A stretch of 64,000 bases of DNA. Source: a virus. Lineage: Duplodnaviria > Caudoviricetes. The DNA is taken from positions 1 to 64,000 of the IMG/VR virus record IMGVR_UViG_3300028797_000135; one strand, 5' to 3'. Under the pieces are notes generated by a model that was given only the letters and a program-made list of their open reading frames with translations, did not search any database and was not told the origin of the DNA. Shown piece by piece: positions 27,689 to 35,967 of the stretch; within the stretch, counting starts at the first letter, position 1, and each line of letters opens with the position of its first letter. A program made the position numbers and the translations under genes.

Positions 27689-27819
27689 TACCAGGAGCAG
27701 GACTCGAACCTACGACCCCGAGCTTAACAGGCTAAGTAACCCAACCAAAACGCCACCCTTGTACAGGGGAAAATTAGGACAGGTATTTTACGTGCTCTAA
27801 CCAACTGAGCTATCCTGGA
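27689..27819 (-). ncRNA. tRNA-Asn(GTT) interrupted by 57-nt Y-module between positions 28 and 29
   Basis: removing 27734-27790 gives 74-nt tRNA with CGAGC-CTGTTAA-GCTCG arm. Confidence 0.8.
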
Positions 27820-27826
27820 ATAAAAG

Positions 27827-27903
27827 AAGTCAGGTAAAAAGCGAAAGCGTGTTCTTTTTGCAGAGAATTCATCCTAAGTAACGCTTTCTAGCGACACTGA
27901 CTT
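27827..27903 (-). ncRNA. free Y-RNA-like ncRNA B
   Basis: AAGTCAG-T-GT-CGCTA-GAAAGCG-TTACTT … CGCTTTC-GCTTTTT-AC-CTGACTT. Confidence 0.7.
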
Positions 27904-27907
27904 TTAA

Positions 27908-27996
27908 TGGGTTGGATAGGAGTCGAACCTACAATGTTTACCCTAAGGGACCAGTTTTACAGACTGGTGCGAAACCACCATCCTCGCAGCCAACCC
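27908..27996 (-). tRNA. tRNA-Tyr(GTA)
   Basis: loop CT-GTA-AA; variable arm. Confidence 0.85.
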
Positions 27997-28239
27997 AAAG
28001 AAAAAGAAATAATGATACTCGACCCGAGGGGACTCATGTTTGCCTAACCTGCAGGTTAACCGCCCACTGTCGCACCGCACACCTGTGGCCCACATCGATT
28101 CAGCATACATTAACGGTCGCCCAGTCAGTCAATCGGCAGAATATCTCTGTCTCGGACTAGCACATCCAAAGCCGATTTAATCGCCACCGACTATTGTTGC
28201 TCCAATGAATCGGTTGTATGCTTGTATCATTAATTTTAG

Positions 28240-28312
28240 TGGAGCCATCGGGACTCGAACCCGAAACACCCAGCTTGCAAAGCTGGTACTCTACCAATTG
28301 AGCTATGACCCC
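28240..28312 (-). tRNA. tRNA-Ala(TGC)
   Basis: G3:U70; loop TT-TGC-AA. Confidence 0.92.
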
Positions 28313-28372
28313 ATAATTGCAAAACCGAACTGTCAAATTGCGAGCTAACATCTCGTGTCAACCACGTTCGGA

Positions 28373-28401
28373 AATATAGAAAGATAATTGACAACTGTCA
28401 A
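28373..28401 (-). promoter_or_regulatory. sigma70-type promoter driving the Y-RNA/Ro60 half of the operon
   Basis: TTGACA-N17-TATATT. Confidence 0.75.
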
Positions 28402-28464
28402 CCCGTTTTGTCAAAAAAGTTGAAAATTTGACAAAAATCTTTGTTTGTCAAAAACTTGTCAGCG

Positions 28465-28546
28465 TCGGGTTAGTGAGACTCGAACTCACACTCCTCTCAG
28501 AACACCGCCCTGAACGGTGAGCGTCTACCAATTCCGCCACAACCCG
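28465..28546 (-). tRNA. tRNA-Leu(CAG)
   Basis: cloverleaf with variable arm. Confidence 0.9.
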
Positions 28547-28552
28547 ATTTAA

Positions 28553-28625
28553 TTGCGGAGAACGGACTTGAACCGTTGACACACGGATTATGATTCCGTT
28601 GCTCTACCAACTGAGCTACACCGCA
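28553..28625 (-). tRNA. tRNA-Met(CAT) elongator
   Basis: loop AT-CAT-AA. Confidence 0.8.
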
Positions 28626-28800
28626 TTAAGTAATAACGCTTTTAGGCGCACTTGCCATTCATATCAGGTACGTTACCGTGAGCAATCTCAAACGTCTTCC
28701 GTTGTCGTCGATTGCAACCTCGGGTTCGTAAAGACCTCGCATCTTTCAACCCGTCACTAGCTCTTTTGCGAGAAGAACACTAATGGACCTTTAAACTTAG

Positions 28801-28885
28801 CGGAAGATGAGGGAGTCGAACCCCCAAGCAGTTTTACCCACGGCGGTTTTCAAGACCGCTGCCTTACCAGTTAGGCTAATCTTCC
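28801..28885 (-). tRNA. tRNA-Ser(TGA)
   Basis: long variable arm; G73. Confidence 0.9.
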
Positions 28886-28901
28886 AATGAAAAAAATCTA
28901 G

Positions 28902-28975
28902 TGCTCTCGGCAGGACTCGAACCTGCAACCTCACGGTTCGTAGCCGTGCGCTCTATCCAGTTGAGCTACGAGAGC
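28902..28975 (-). tRNA. tRNA-Arg(ACG)
   Basis: loop CT-ACG-AA. Confidence 0.92.
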
Positions 28976-29145
28976 ATAAAATGGCGGCGTTTTAGCCTGT
29001 CACCGAGCAGGGGTCACGTTCTCCGACATCCCATGTCCGTCTCGACATGATTGACTTAATTGACGGAGACCGCCTTGCAAGAGCAAAAACTTGCCATAGA
29101 ACAGCGGATAAACTATGACCATTTTTATACTGTTTTTGATTTTAG

Positions 29146-29216
29146 TCCGCCAGTCGAGATTCGAACCCGAACTAAGGGAATCACAATCCCTTGTGCTACC
29201 GTTACACCACTGAGGG
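29146..29216 (-). tRNA. tRNA-His(GTG), atypical (A73, no G-1)
   Basis: loop TT-GTG-AT. Confidence 0.75.
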
Positions 29217-29226
29217 GGTAAATTCG

Positions 29227-29299
29227 TACTCCCGAGAGGGTTTGAACCTCTGACCCCTTGTGTGTAAAACAAGCGCTCTCCCAACTGAGCTACGAGAGT
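29227..29299 (-). tRNA. tRNA-Val(TAC)
   Basis: loop TT-TAC-AC. Confidence 0.92.
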
Positions 29300-29306
29300 A
29301 TATTAG

Positions 29307-29389
29307 CGCAACCAGCGAGACTTGAACTCGCACGCCCATAGGACACCAGCGTGACAGGCTGGCCTGGCTACCAATTTCAGCATGGCTGC
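29307..29389 (-). tRNA. tRNA-Asp(GTC) with atypical long variable arm
   Basis: loop CT-GTC-AC; G73; variable arm TGTCC-TAT-GGGCG. Confidence 0.75.
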
Positions 29390-29398
29390 AAAAAAGAA

Positions 29399-29518
29399 GG
29401 TGCTTACTATACGTTTTGACTGGACTCGAACCAGCATTCCCTCCACCAACACCGTTGGCAGCTTTCAGTTATCGTAGATAACTTTTATAAAAGCGCAAAA
29501 TAGAATATAATAAGCACC
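29399..29518 (-). ncRNA. tRNA-like ncRNA with extended terminal stem
   Basis: GGTGCTTA/TAAGCACC ends; T arm GCTGG-TTCGAGT-CCAGT; two further hairpins. Confidence 0.5.
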
Positions 29519-29529
29519 AGATTTTATAA

Positions 29530-29603
29530 TAGCTCCATCGGGGCTCGAACCCGAATTTCCGCCTTGAGAGGGCGGCGAACTAAGCCAGTTATTCTATGGA
29601 GCC
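29530..29603 (-). tRNA. tRNA-Glu(CTC)
   Basis: loop CT-CTC-AA. Confidence 0.88.
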
Positions 29604-29885
29604 GAAATTTATTTAAACACAAACTTACAGGCGTCCTAATTTCAAGGACGGATTAAGGAGCACACTTGGTGGTTAACCCAAAGTTTATCTCCCCCATTCT
29701 TATTTCAAATGGTCTCACGTGGCATATTTTAGTAGAGCCAATACTACACCTCTGCGACCATCATTCTGGTATTCATCTAATTCGCAGAGACAGATTCCTC
29801 ATCCCAGAGTTTTCCCCATCTGGGTTAGCCCGCTAGCATGAAATCAAGAATGATGCAACACGGGTTCTACTCATTTGTGTTTTAG

Positions 29886-29959
29886 TCGGAATGGCAGGAT
29901 TTGAACCTACGACCTCTTGCTCCCGAAGCAAGCGCTCTACCAGACTGAGCTAGATTCCG
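29886..29959 (-). tRNA. tRNA-Pro(CGG)
   Basis: loop TT-CGG-GA. Confidence 0.9.
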
Positions 29960-30192
29960 AAAGTTTGATGAATTCGAGGAGCTGCGGGGGTTACGGCATC
30001 CTTTCCGCTTGTCGCCGAGGCCATCGGTTTGTCATCTATGTTGCGAACGGGCTCACCTACTAGCCCTTACATAGACCGAAGATGGTTATCGTTACCATTT
30101 AATAGCAGGCTTCATCACGCCTCCCGTCCATCGATATCCGAACGAAACGGGTCTGGCCCTCAATGACGGACATTTAGCCAGATGTTTTCTAA

Positions 30193-30265
30193 CTCCGACA
30201 GTAAGACTCGAACTTACGACCTGAGCTTTACGAAAGCCCTGCTCTACCAGCTGAGCTACGTCGGA
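30193..30265 (-). tRNA. tRNA-Thr(CGT)
   Basis: loop TT-CGT-AA. Confidence 0.88.
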
Positions 30266-30271
30266 ATGTAG

Positions 30272-30345
30272 TAGCGCCAACGGGACTCGAACCCGTATTG
30301 CCGCCTTGAAAGGGCGATGAACTAGGCCAGTTATTCGATAGCGCC
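30272..30345 (-). tRNA. tRNA-Glu(TTC)
   Basis: loop CT-TTC-AA. Confidence 0.88.
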
Positions 30346-30356
30346 AAAAAATGTAG

Positions 30357-30430
30357 TCCGCAACCCTGGACTCGAACCAGGAACCTCCACCTTATCAGAG
30401 TGGCTATCTAACCAATTGCTATAGCTGCGG
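30357..30430 (-). tRNA. tRNA-Ile(GAT)
   Basis: loop CT-GAT-AA. Confidence 0.85.
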
Positions 30431-30508
30431 ATAAACGCATAGGTGGGTGGTTTAGAACCACCAAAATCCCACACGGTGGGCACCTACTTTATTTCACCTA
30501 TGGTTTAG

Positions 30509-30582
30509 TGCCGCCGAGAGGAGTCGAACCTCTGACGCTAGGTGCTTCAAACCTACGCTCTACCAAACTGAGCTACAGCGGC
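30509..30582 (-). tRNA. tRNA-Phe(GAA)
   Basis: loop TT-GAA-GC. Confidence 0.88.
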
Positions 30583-30684
30583 AAAAATGATTGTCCAAGA
30601 ATCGTGAAGGAATTTAACCTTCCACTTGATAGGCTTCGAACTTTACCAAATGCCGTCATGACGACCCTTGGACAATCGAATTAG

Positions 30685-30758
30685 TAGCGGGGGCAGGACT
30701 CGAACGCTGCGACCTTTGGGTTATGAGCCCAACAAGCTACCAACTGCTCCACCCCGCA
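30685..30758 (-). tRNA. initiator tRNA-fMet(CAT)
   Basis: GGG/CCC anticodon stem; 1:72 mismatch. Confidence 0.85.
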
Positions 30759-30771
30759 AATTTCTTCATAG

Positions 30772-30844
30772 TTGCCGATGAGCGGTTCGAACGCCCGAAT
30801 ACAGGAGTCAGAGTCCTGTGCCTTACCAGCTTGGCGAATCGGCA
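30772..30844 (-). tRNA. tRNA-Gln(CTG)
   Basis: loop CT-CTG-AC. Confidence 0.9.
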
Positions 30845-30852
30845 ATAAATAG

Positions 30853-30923
30853 CTCACGTTAAAGGAATCGAACCTTTGTTTCCCGCTGCAGACAGGCAAC
30901 TCTTCCAGTTAAGCTAAACGTGA
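30853..30923 (-). tRNA. tRNA-like gene with aberrant anticodon arm (undetermined)
   Basis: perfect acceptor TCACGTT/AACGTGA, D and T arms; arm CCTGT-CTGCA-GCGGG has 5-nt loop. Confidence 0.55.
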
Positions 30924-30938
30924 ATAAAAATAAATTAG

Positions 30939-31011
30939 CGCCTGCGGAGAGGCTCGAACTCCCGACCCGCTCATTACAAATGAGCCGCTCTACCAACTGA
31001 GCTACCCAGGC
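30939..31011 (-). tRNA. tRNA-Thr(TGT)
   Basis: loop TT-TGT-AA. Confidence 0.88.
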
Positions 31012-31291
31012 AAAAATGTGAAGAACGGTCGATATCCGCACAAGTGGACAAAAAACTTCACTGATGCATGGTCTATCTGACTTATACAAGCATTGGACGC
31101 CAGGACCTTCATCTTCTCCGCAGAGCAAATGCTAAACACCTGCGAAGCCCCGTTTTTAAATGCTCAGGCTACTAAACAGCTCTTTTCGGATGGGTTCCCA
31201 CGGCGTAGCGACCGCCACGATTATCACACCCTATTAGGAGCCGTTTTTCACCTGCGGACTTCTCTGGGAGCTACCCAAAGTTCCAATTTAG

Positions 31292-31364
31292 CTGGCAAGA
31301 CAGGACTCGAACCTGTGACCAAGCGATTAACAGTCGCCCCCTCTACCAACTGAGGTACATGCCA
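31292..31364 (-). tRNA. tRNA-Asn(GTT), intact
   Basis: loop CT-GTT-AA; G73. Confidence 0.9.
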
Positions 31365-31676
31365 ATAATATCCACGGGCACCACCCCTTTCACGTGTTGT
31401 CACGGGTGCGACAGGATTGGTCGCAGAGAGCTTTACTCAAAACTCACGAACCTACCATAATTAACGAGTGATAACCCCGTATGGAGGCAACAGACCAGCC
31501 ATTCAACCCTGTACCATAATATTCAGTTTGTTTTAGGTGATGGTCTCGGCATCCCATGGTTAACCACATAGGAGCCGCCAAACTGACAAAACCACTTTTC
31601 CACAAGCGCATGGCCGAAGTGCCATGCGCAGTAGTCATCATTATGGTGGAGAAATCTCCACCATGCTGAAATCTTA

Positions 31677-32234
31677 TTAGAGACCTAACGTCGGGTCACG
31701 AGCAATATCCTTGAAGAACTTCGGGGTCTTCGGATTCATACCAAGGTCCCTATCTTTACCTAAACCAAGGTATTTATTATACTCACTGGCAGCTTCTTTG
31801 TCAACATCAACAGGAGCAACCTTCAATGCACTAATATTATAGTGATAGTCTCCATATCCATTTGGTTTCTTTGATGAGCTCAATGTAACAACCATATTTG
31901 GTTCATCAACGATAACTTCATGGTTTGGGATGCTTTTAAAATAGTCAATGCGCTTTTCGAATTCATCTGGGCGGAACGGTTCTCTATACCACGTATCAAG
32001 ATGGTTCATAATTTCATTTACATCCAATTCTTCCCGTGGCTTTTTTGACAAAAAGTTCTGAGATGCAAAATACAAGCCATCACCCTCATGATATTTCTGA
32101 GGTTCAGCCAAGCCTTCCGCTTCACACAATGCCTTAAAGCCCTCTTTCAGAGCTGGCAGAGCTGGCATGCAGTTAAACTCATTACATACGCTTTCCATAA
32201 AAGCAGTATATTCCTTTTTTTGACGGTAATCCAT
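31677..32234 (-). CDS. late hypothetical protein with variant leader
   Basis: GGAG RBS; TATAAACTAT at 32264-32273; FMESVC…FKALCE. Confidence 0.65.
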   Translation of the reverse strand: MDYRQKKEYTAFMESVCNEFNCMPALPALKEGFKALCEAEGLAEPQKYHEGDGLYFASQNFLSKKPREELDVNEIMNHLDTWYREPFRPDEFEKRIDYFKSIPNHEVIVDEPNMVVTLSSSKKPNGYGDYHYNISALKVAPVDVDKEAASEYNKYLGLGKDRDLGMNPKTPKFFKDIARDPTLGL

Positions 32235-32415
32235 GATTACTCTCCATAAATGTAATTACACACATAGTTTATAATCATGAATCATCCGAGTAGCGCATTA
32301 CTGGGCCATCCATACAGCCTTCCCAGCCTCTATCCCGCAACTTATGCTACTGCACTAGCCCCAAAAGGATATACCTTGGACGGGCTTACTTGTATCATCT
32401 CCACTCGAACAATAG

Positions 32416-32489
32416 TCGGGGTAGCCAGATTCGAACTGACGACATCCTGCTCCCAAAGCAGGCGCTCTACCAGACTGAGCTACACCCCG
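32416..32489 (-). tRNA. tRNA-Pro(TGG)
   Basis: loop TT-TGG-GA. Confidence 0.92.
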
Positions 32490-32876
32490 CAAGTTTTTAA
32501 GGTGCTTCCAGCACCACCGTTGTACGGTATAGCGGTTATTAGCCGCTAGGAAACGTGAGCGTTTCCCTATTTAGACCCCTCCATATGAAGGAGCCTAAAA
32601 AAGAAAACGCAAGAACGATGCCTTCCGACCTGTATCGAACAAGGCGTCTTCAACATTGCTGCTGACGGTTCCCTCACCTACGGGTACACCGTTCTCAACG
32701 TTATGATTGTTTAAATCACCCAACACAGTCCATTGCCAAGACTATCATGTGTGAGTAAGGTTATCAACCTAGCAACTTTTGCAAAGCCGAAATGTCAATC
32801 TTCTGAAAGGACTCACGGTCCAATCTGACGCAGGAAAGTAGGTTTGAAACCTTGACCGTTCCCGTTTACGTCGTCA

Positions 32877-32905
32877 ATTATAGAAATATTCAAAATCTTT
32901 GTCAA
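32877..32905 (-). promoter_or_regulatory. consensus sigma70 promoter heading the tRNA operon
   Basis: TTGACA-N17-TATAAT. Confidence 0.8.
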
Positions 32906-32933
32906 GGGGTAATTCGATATTTTTTTAACTTTT

Positions 32934-33548
32934 TTATCGAATTTCTTGTGTCGCCCTGAAAGCTATTAGTTCGTAATGGTCTTTATCGCATTCTCGAACG
33001 TACTTTTTGAACGACTCAAAGGATTTGAACATCTCGCCAAGACTTAGGAACATGTATTCTCCGACTTCGAAATCGGGCGCCCTTAGCTTGGTCTTGCCGC
33101 AGATATCAATGATTTCTTCCATCGATAGCTGTCGGTTACTGTTTCTGTCCACCACGTTCACTACGTTGTAATCGTAGACTGGTTGTCGATATGTTCCCTT
33201 GTAGGGGCAATCGATTCGGATGAACTTCAACGTTGCCATTATAGTAATTTCGTAACCGCTTGGCAAGTGTTCTTCGATAAGATGTCCAAATTTTTTGGCG
33301 ATATCGGAACACACGTTGTAGTCATCCCCTTCTGGCGGTGTAAAGTTAGCCAACTTTGCAGCTCGTCTAACCTTCTTCCACCACAGATGCCCTGTTTGTT
33401 CCAATACCGTATTATACTTCAATTCAAGACCGATGTCAGTACGCTGGAACCAGAAGTGCTTGTTTACGTTGTTCGTAAAGAACTCTGAAAGGGCAGCCTC
33501 ATCCAGAATGGACAGGTTGATGACATTCATATCTTCGTAAACACTCAT
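32934..33548 (-). CDS. hypothetical protein
   Basis: GGAG RBS. Confidence 0.6.
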   Translation of the reverse strand: MSVYEDMNVINLSILDEAALSEFFTNNVNKHFWFQRTDIGLELKYNTVLEQTGHLWWKKVRRAAKLANFTPPEGDDYNVCSDIAKKFGHLIEEHLPSGYEITIMATLKFIRIDCPYKGTYRQPVYDYNVVNVVDRNSNRQLSMEEIIDICGKTKLRAPDFEVGEYMFLSLGEMFKSFESFKKYVRECDKDHYELIAFRATQEIR

Positions 33549-33565
33549 GATGTCTCCCTCTCAGG

Positions 33566-34222
33566 TTAATGGTTAAACAAGTCTAACTGGTCTTTGGAAG
33601 CGATTTGATTCAACAGCGATTCCATCGACTTTGTTATATGTTTATATGTTGACTGTTCCGCCGAAATTTTTTTGAGACAGTCATTTATGGTTCTAGCGGC
33701 ATTTTCGATGATAATATCACGTTTATCGGGCCACGCTTTCTTGTATTGTGCCTGCTTTTTTTCCTCTGCAATCAGCGGATTAAGCTCTGCAATGCGTTCC
33801 TTAGCATAGCAAATCACCGCTTCATACTGCTTGATTCGACCACCATCCGTGGTCTCCTTCATGAGGATGTTGTCGAGAATCATCGCATCCTTCGGGCAAA
33901 GCTTGTATTCGTCGATAATCTCATCGACCCTTGCTCCCGTCGGTTCCAAGACTGCAACTGGCCATGTCACACCAGTCTTAATCTGGCGGATGCGCTCGGA
34001 GGCGATATGTACGATTTTCTCGTAGTCGAGCTTCCTTGCTTCGTTCTGGGTCATGCCGCCTTCCGCCTTGGTGCGGAGCGTCCTCTTGGCGAGGTCTGCA
34101 TCGAACGGGTTCAACTGGAACTCAATCCATACATCCCACGGCTGGATTTTATGTTTTGCGTAGTCAGAGTTGCCTACATTGTGATTTCTCACGCTGTCGG
34201 TAGAATTGTTCACTTCTTGCAT
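33566..34222 (-). CDS. DUF3310-like protein
   Basis: NVG.SDY.K.KIQPWD…LNPF…K…R.K…D.EK..H motif. Confidence 0.55.
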   Translation of the reverse strand: MQEVNNSTDSVRNHNVGNSDYAKHKIQPWDVWIEFQLNPFDADLAKRTLRTKAEGGMTQNEARKLDYEKIVHIASERIRQIKTGVTWPVAVLEPTGARVDEIIDEYKLCPKDAMILDNILMKETTDGGRIKQYEAVICYAKERIAELNPLIAEEKKQAQYKKAWPDKRDIIIENAARTINDCLKKISAEQSTYKHITKSMESLLNQIASKDQLDLFNH

Positions 34223-34244
34223 TTGAGTCTCCTTGATTCGATTA

Positions 34245-35045
34245 CTAAAATAAATTATTGTGAGGCAAATCTATCACGAAATCTTCTTTTTTCAAAGAAT
34301 TGAACTCGTAGGGTTTCTCATCGGGATATCCCAACGGGTTGATATAGAGGTTCCCAACGTGGTATGCGGTATGTGTATGGCCCGCACACCAGATGGACCC
34401 TGGTTTCAACATTTTGATATACTCAGGCGAGAAATAGTAGTAGACCGAGTTGAACTTGGCATGCTCGTCTGGCAGGCGGAAATTTATCGGGGCATAGTGA
34501 GTAACCATCACGTCGGGCTTCAATGCGAGGACGGACCTGCACTGCTGGTTCAACCTCTCCCTGATACGGGTGATGTCATTGTTCATGTAGTTCCAGAACC
34601 TGCCGTCATAAGTGTTCGCAACCCAGTTGCTGTCAACTTCCTGCTGGGTATGGGGCGTATCGAGGTATCTAAGGTAGGTATAGTCCCAGATGCCAGTACA
34701 TCCACCAATGGTCACGCCGCAGATGGTTTCCGCATTGCCGTCCAGCAAGTGGAGGTTGCCGATGGAGTCAGCCAGTTGGTGAAAACATTCAATCTTTTCT
34801 TCGGTTGTCTTGAACTTGCCGTAATCGACATGGGTTGTCATGTCGTGGTTTCCGAGACAGAAAACGACATGACTGTACATGTCGCATAGCCGTTTTAGAA
34901 TTTCTTTTGCAGCATTAAACTTGCTTGCTATATCGCCTGGGACAATCAGCATGTCAGCAGGGAGGAACTTGGACACAAACGTGTCCATAGACATCTCCTT
35001 CCTGTAATAGTCATAGTGAAAATCCGAAAAAATAAAGGCCTTCAT
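34245..35045 (-). CDS. calcineurin-like metallophosphoesterase (paralog of 5957-6730)
   Basis: SDFH, GD, GNHD, THYAP, GHTH, NPLGY. Confidence 0.88.
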   Translation of the reverse strand: MKAFIFSDFHYDYYRKEMSMDTFVSKFLPADMLIVPGDIASKFNAAKEILKRLCDMYSHVVFCLGNHDMTTHVDYGKFKTTEEKIECFHQLADSIGNLHLLDGNAETICGVTIGGCTGIWDYTYLRYLDTPHTQQEVDSNWVANTYDGRFWNYMNNDITRIRERLNQQCRSVLALKPDVMVTHYAPINFRLPDEHAKFNSVYYYFSPEYIKMLKPGSIWCAGHTHTAYHVGNLYINPLGYPDEKPYEFNSLKKEDFVIDLPHNNLF

Positions 35046-35090
35046 ACCTCAAAGATAGGATATGAAGGCCGTTTTGTCAATGGTGTTATT

Positions 35091-35945
35091 TTAACGACGG
35101 GGAGGTAGCTTCGAGAACATGTCAGAATCTCGACCGAAGCGTTTCTTGGTGAACGCCTTCTTTCCGCCTGGAATCCTGTGCCACCCGAACCATATCTCGT
35201 CTGGGCCATCAAGATACATTGAAGGAATTTTTCCATTGAACTTGACATCTTCTATGTATGCCATCCTGTTGGACAGGTCTGCATATTTCCGTTTAGTCTC
35301 TGGATTGTCAGCCTGTTCCAGCCCTGTCATGAACGGGTGCATGAGAGCCTTTTCCAAGCAATACTTTCCTACAAGCTCGGCTGTTCCGCCGTGGTTAAGG
35401 GCCTCGTTGATTTCAGGGTCATTCTTGTATGCTGAAATACCAGCACCACGAGACGGAAACTTCATCCGTAGGCAATCACGTTCCCATTGGAGATACCTTC
35501 TGAAGTCCGACCTATCCTTCTGTCTACGGTCAAACATCATGTTGAGCCAAGCCTTGGCCTGTGCATCGGAGTCATACCTTTTTTCTTCCTCGCTGTACAC
35601 GCTATCTTCGTCCAAGTGCTTAATTCTAGGAATCCACGTCAGGGAGTGCAGGTCAACATCGAACCAGTTGTCCTCAGGTACTCTCAAATTGTATTTATCC
35701 CTAAGCTCATGCCATTTCTTATTCACTTTCGCAAAGAACTCTTCCTTGCTGTGAGGCATAGAACTAAGGTAGTTCGCATAAGCGTCCATCCGTTCGTTAA
35801 CCTCGTTGATGACATCTCCCATGTTCTCGCCGTTAATCTTCGGGCGGTTTGCACTAATCTTGTACAAATTGCTGAGAGCTTCCAATTGCGGCGTGGTAAG
35901 GTCCAGCTTGGAGATGGCTTCCATGAAAATCTTGTAATTATCCAT
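35091..35945 (-). CDS. leader-motif protein
   Basis: FMEAISKLDLTTPQLEAL leader; ATAAACTG at ~35971. Confidence 0.65.
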   Translation of the reverse strand: MDNYKIFMEAISKLDLTTPQLEALSNLYKISANRPKINGENMGDVINEVNERMDAYANYLSSMPHSKEEFFAKVNKKWHELRDKYNLRVPEDNWFDVDLHSLTWIPRIKHLDEDSVYSEEEKRYDSDAQAKAWLNMMFDRRQKDRSDFRRYLQWERDCLRMKFPSRGAGISAYKNDPEINEALNHGGTAELVGKYCLEKALMHPFMTGLEQADNPETKRKYADLSNRMAYIEDVKFNGKIPSMYLDGPDEIWFGWHRIPGGKKAFTKKRFGRDSDMFSKLPPRR

Positions 35946-35967
35946 ATTTGACACCAATCAAATTCAT

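Noticed and set aside
27503-27790. Group I intron or archaeal bulge-helix-bulge intron in tRNA-Cys/Asn
   Set aside because: The inserts (53 and 57 nt) are far too short for self-splicing, and no clear BHB geometry is seen at the junctions.
30100-30160. Hammerhead ribozyme
   Set aside because: GTGATGA and GAAAC-like pieces fall on opposite strands and do not form the CUGANGA…GAAA core.
31643-31664. tmRNA 3' end (TCCACCA)
   Set aside because: It is a simple palindromic hairpin with no adjacent T arm or tmRNA 5' end.
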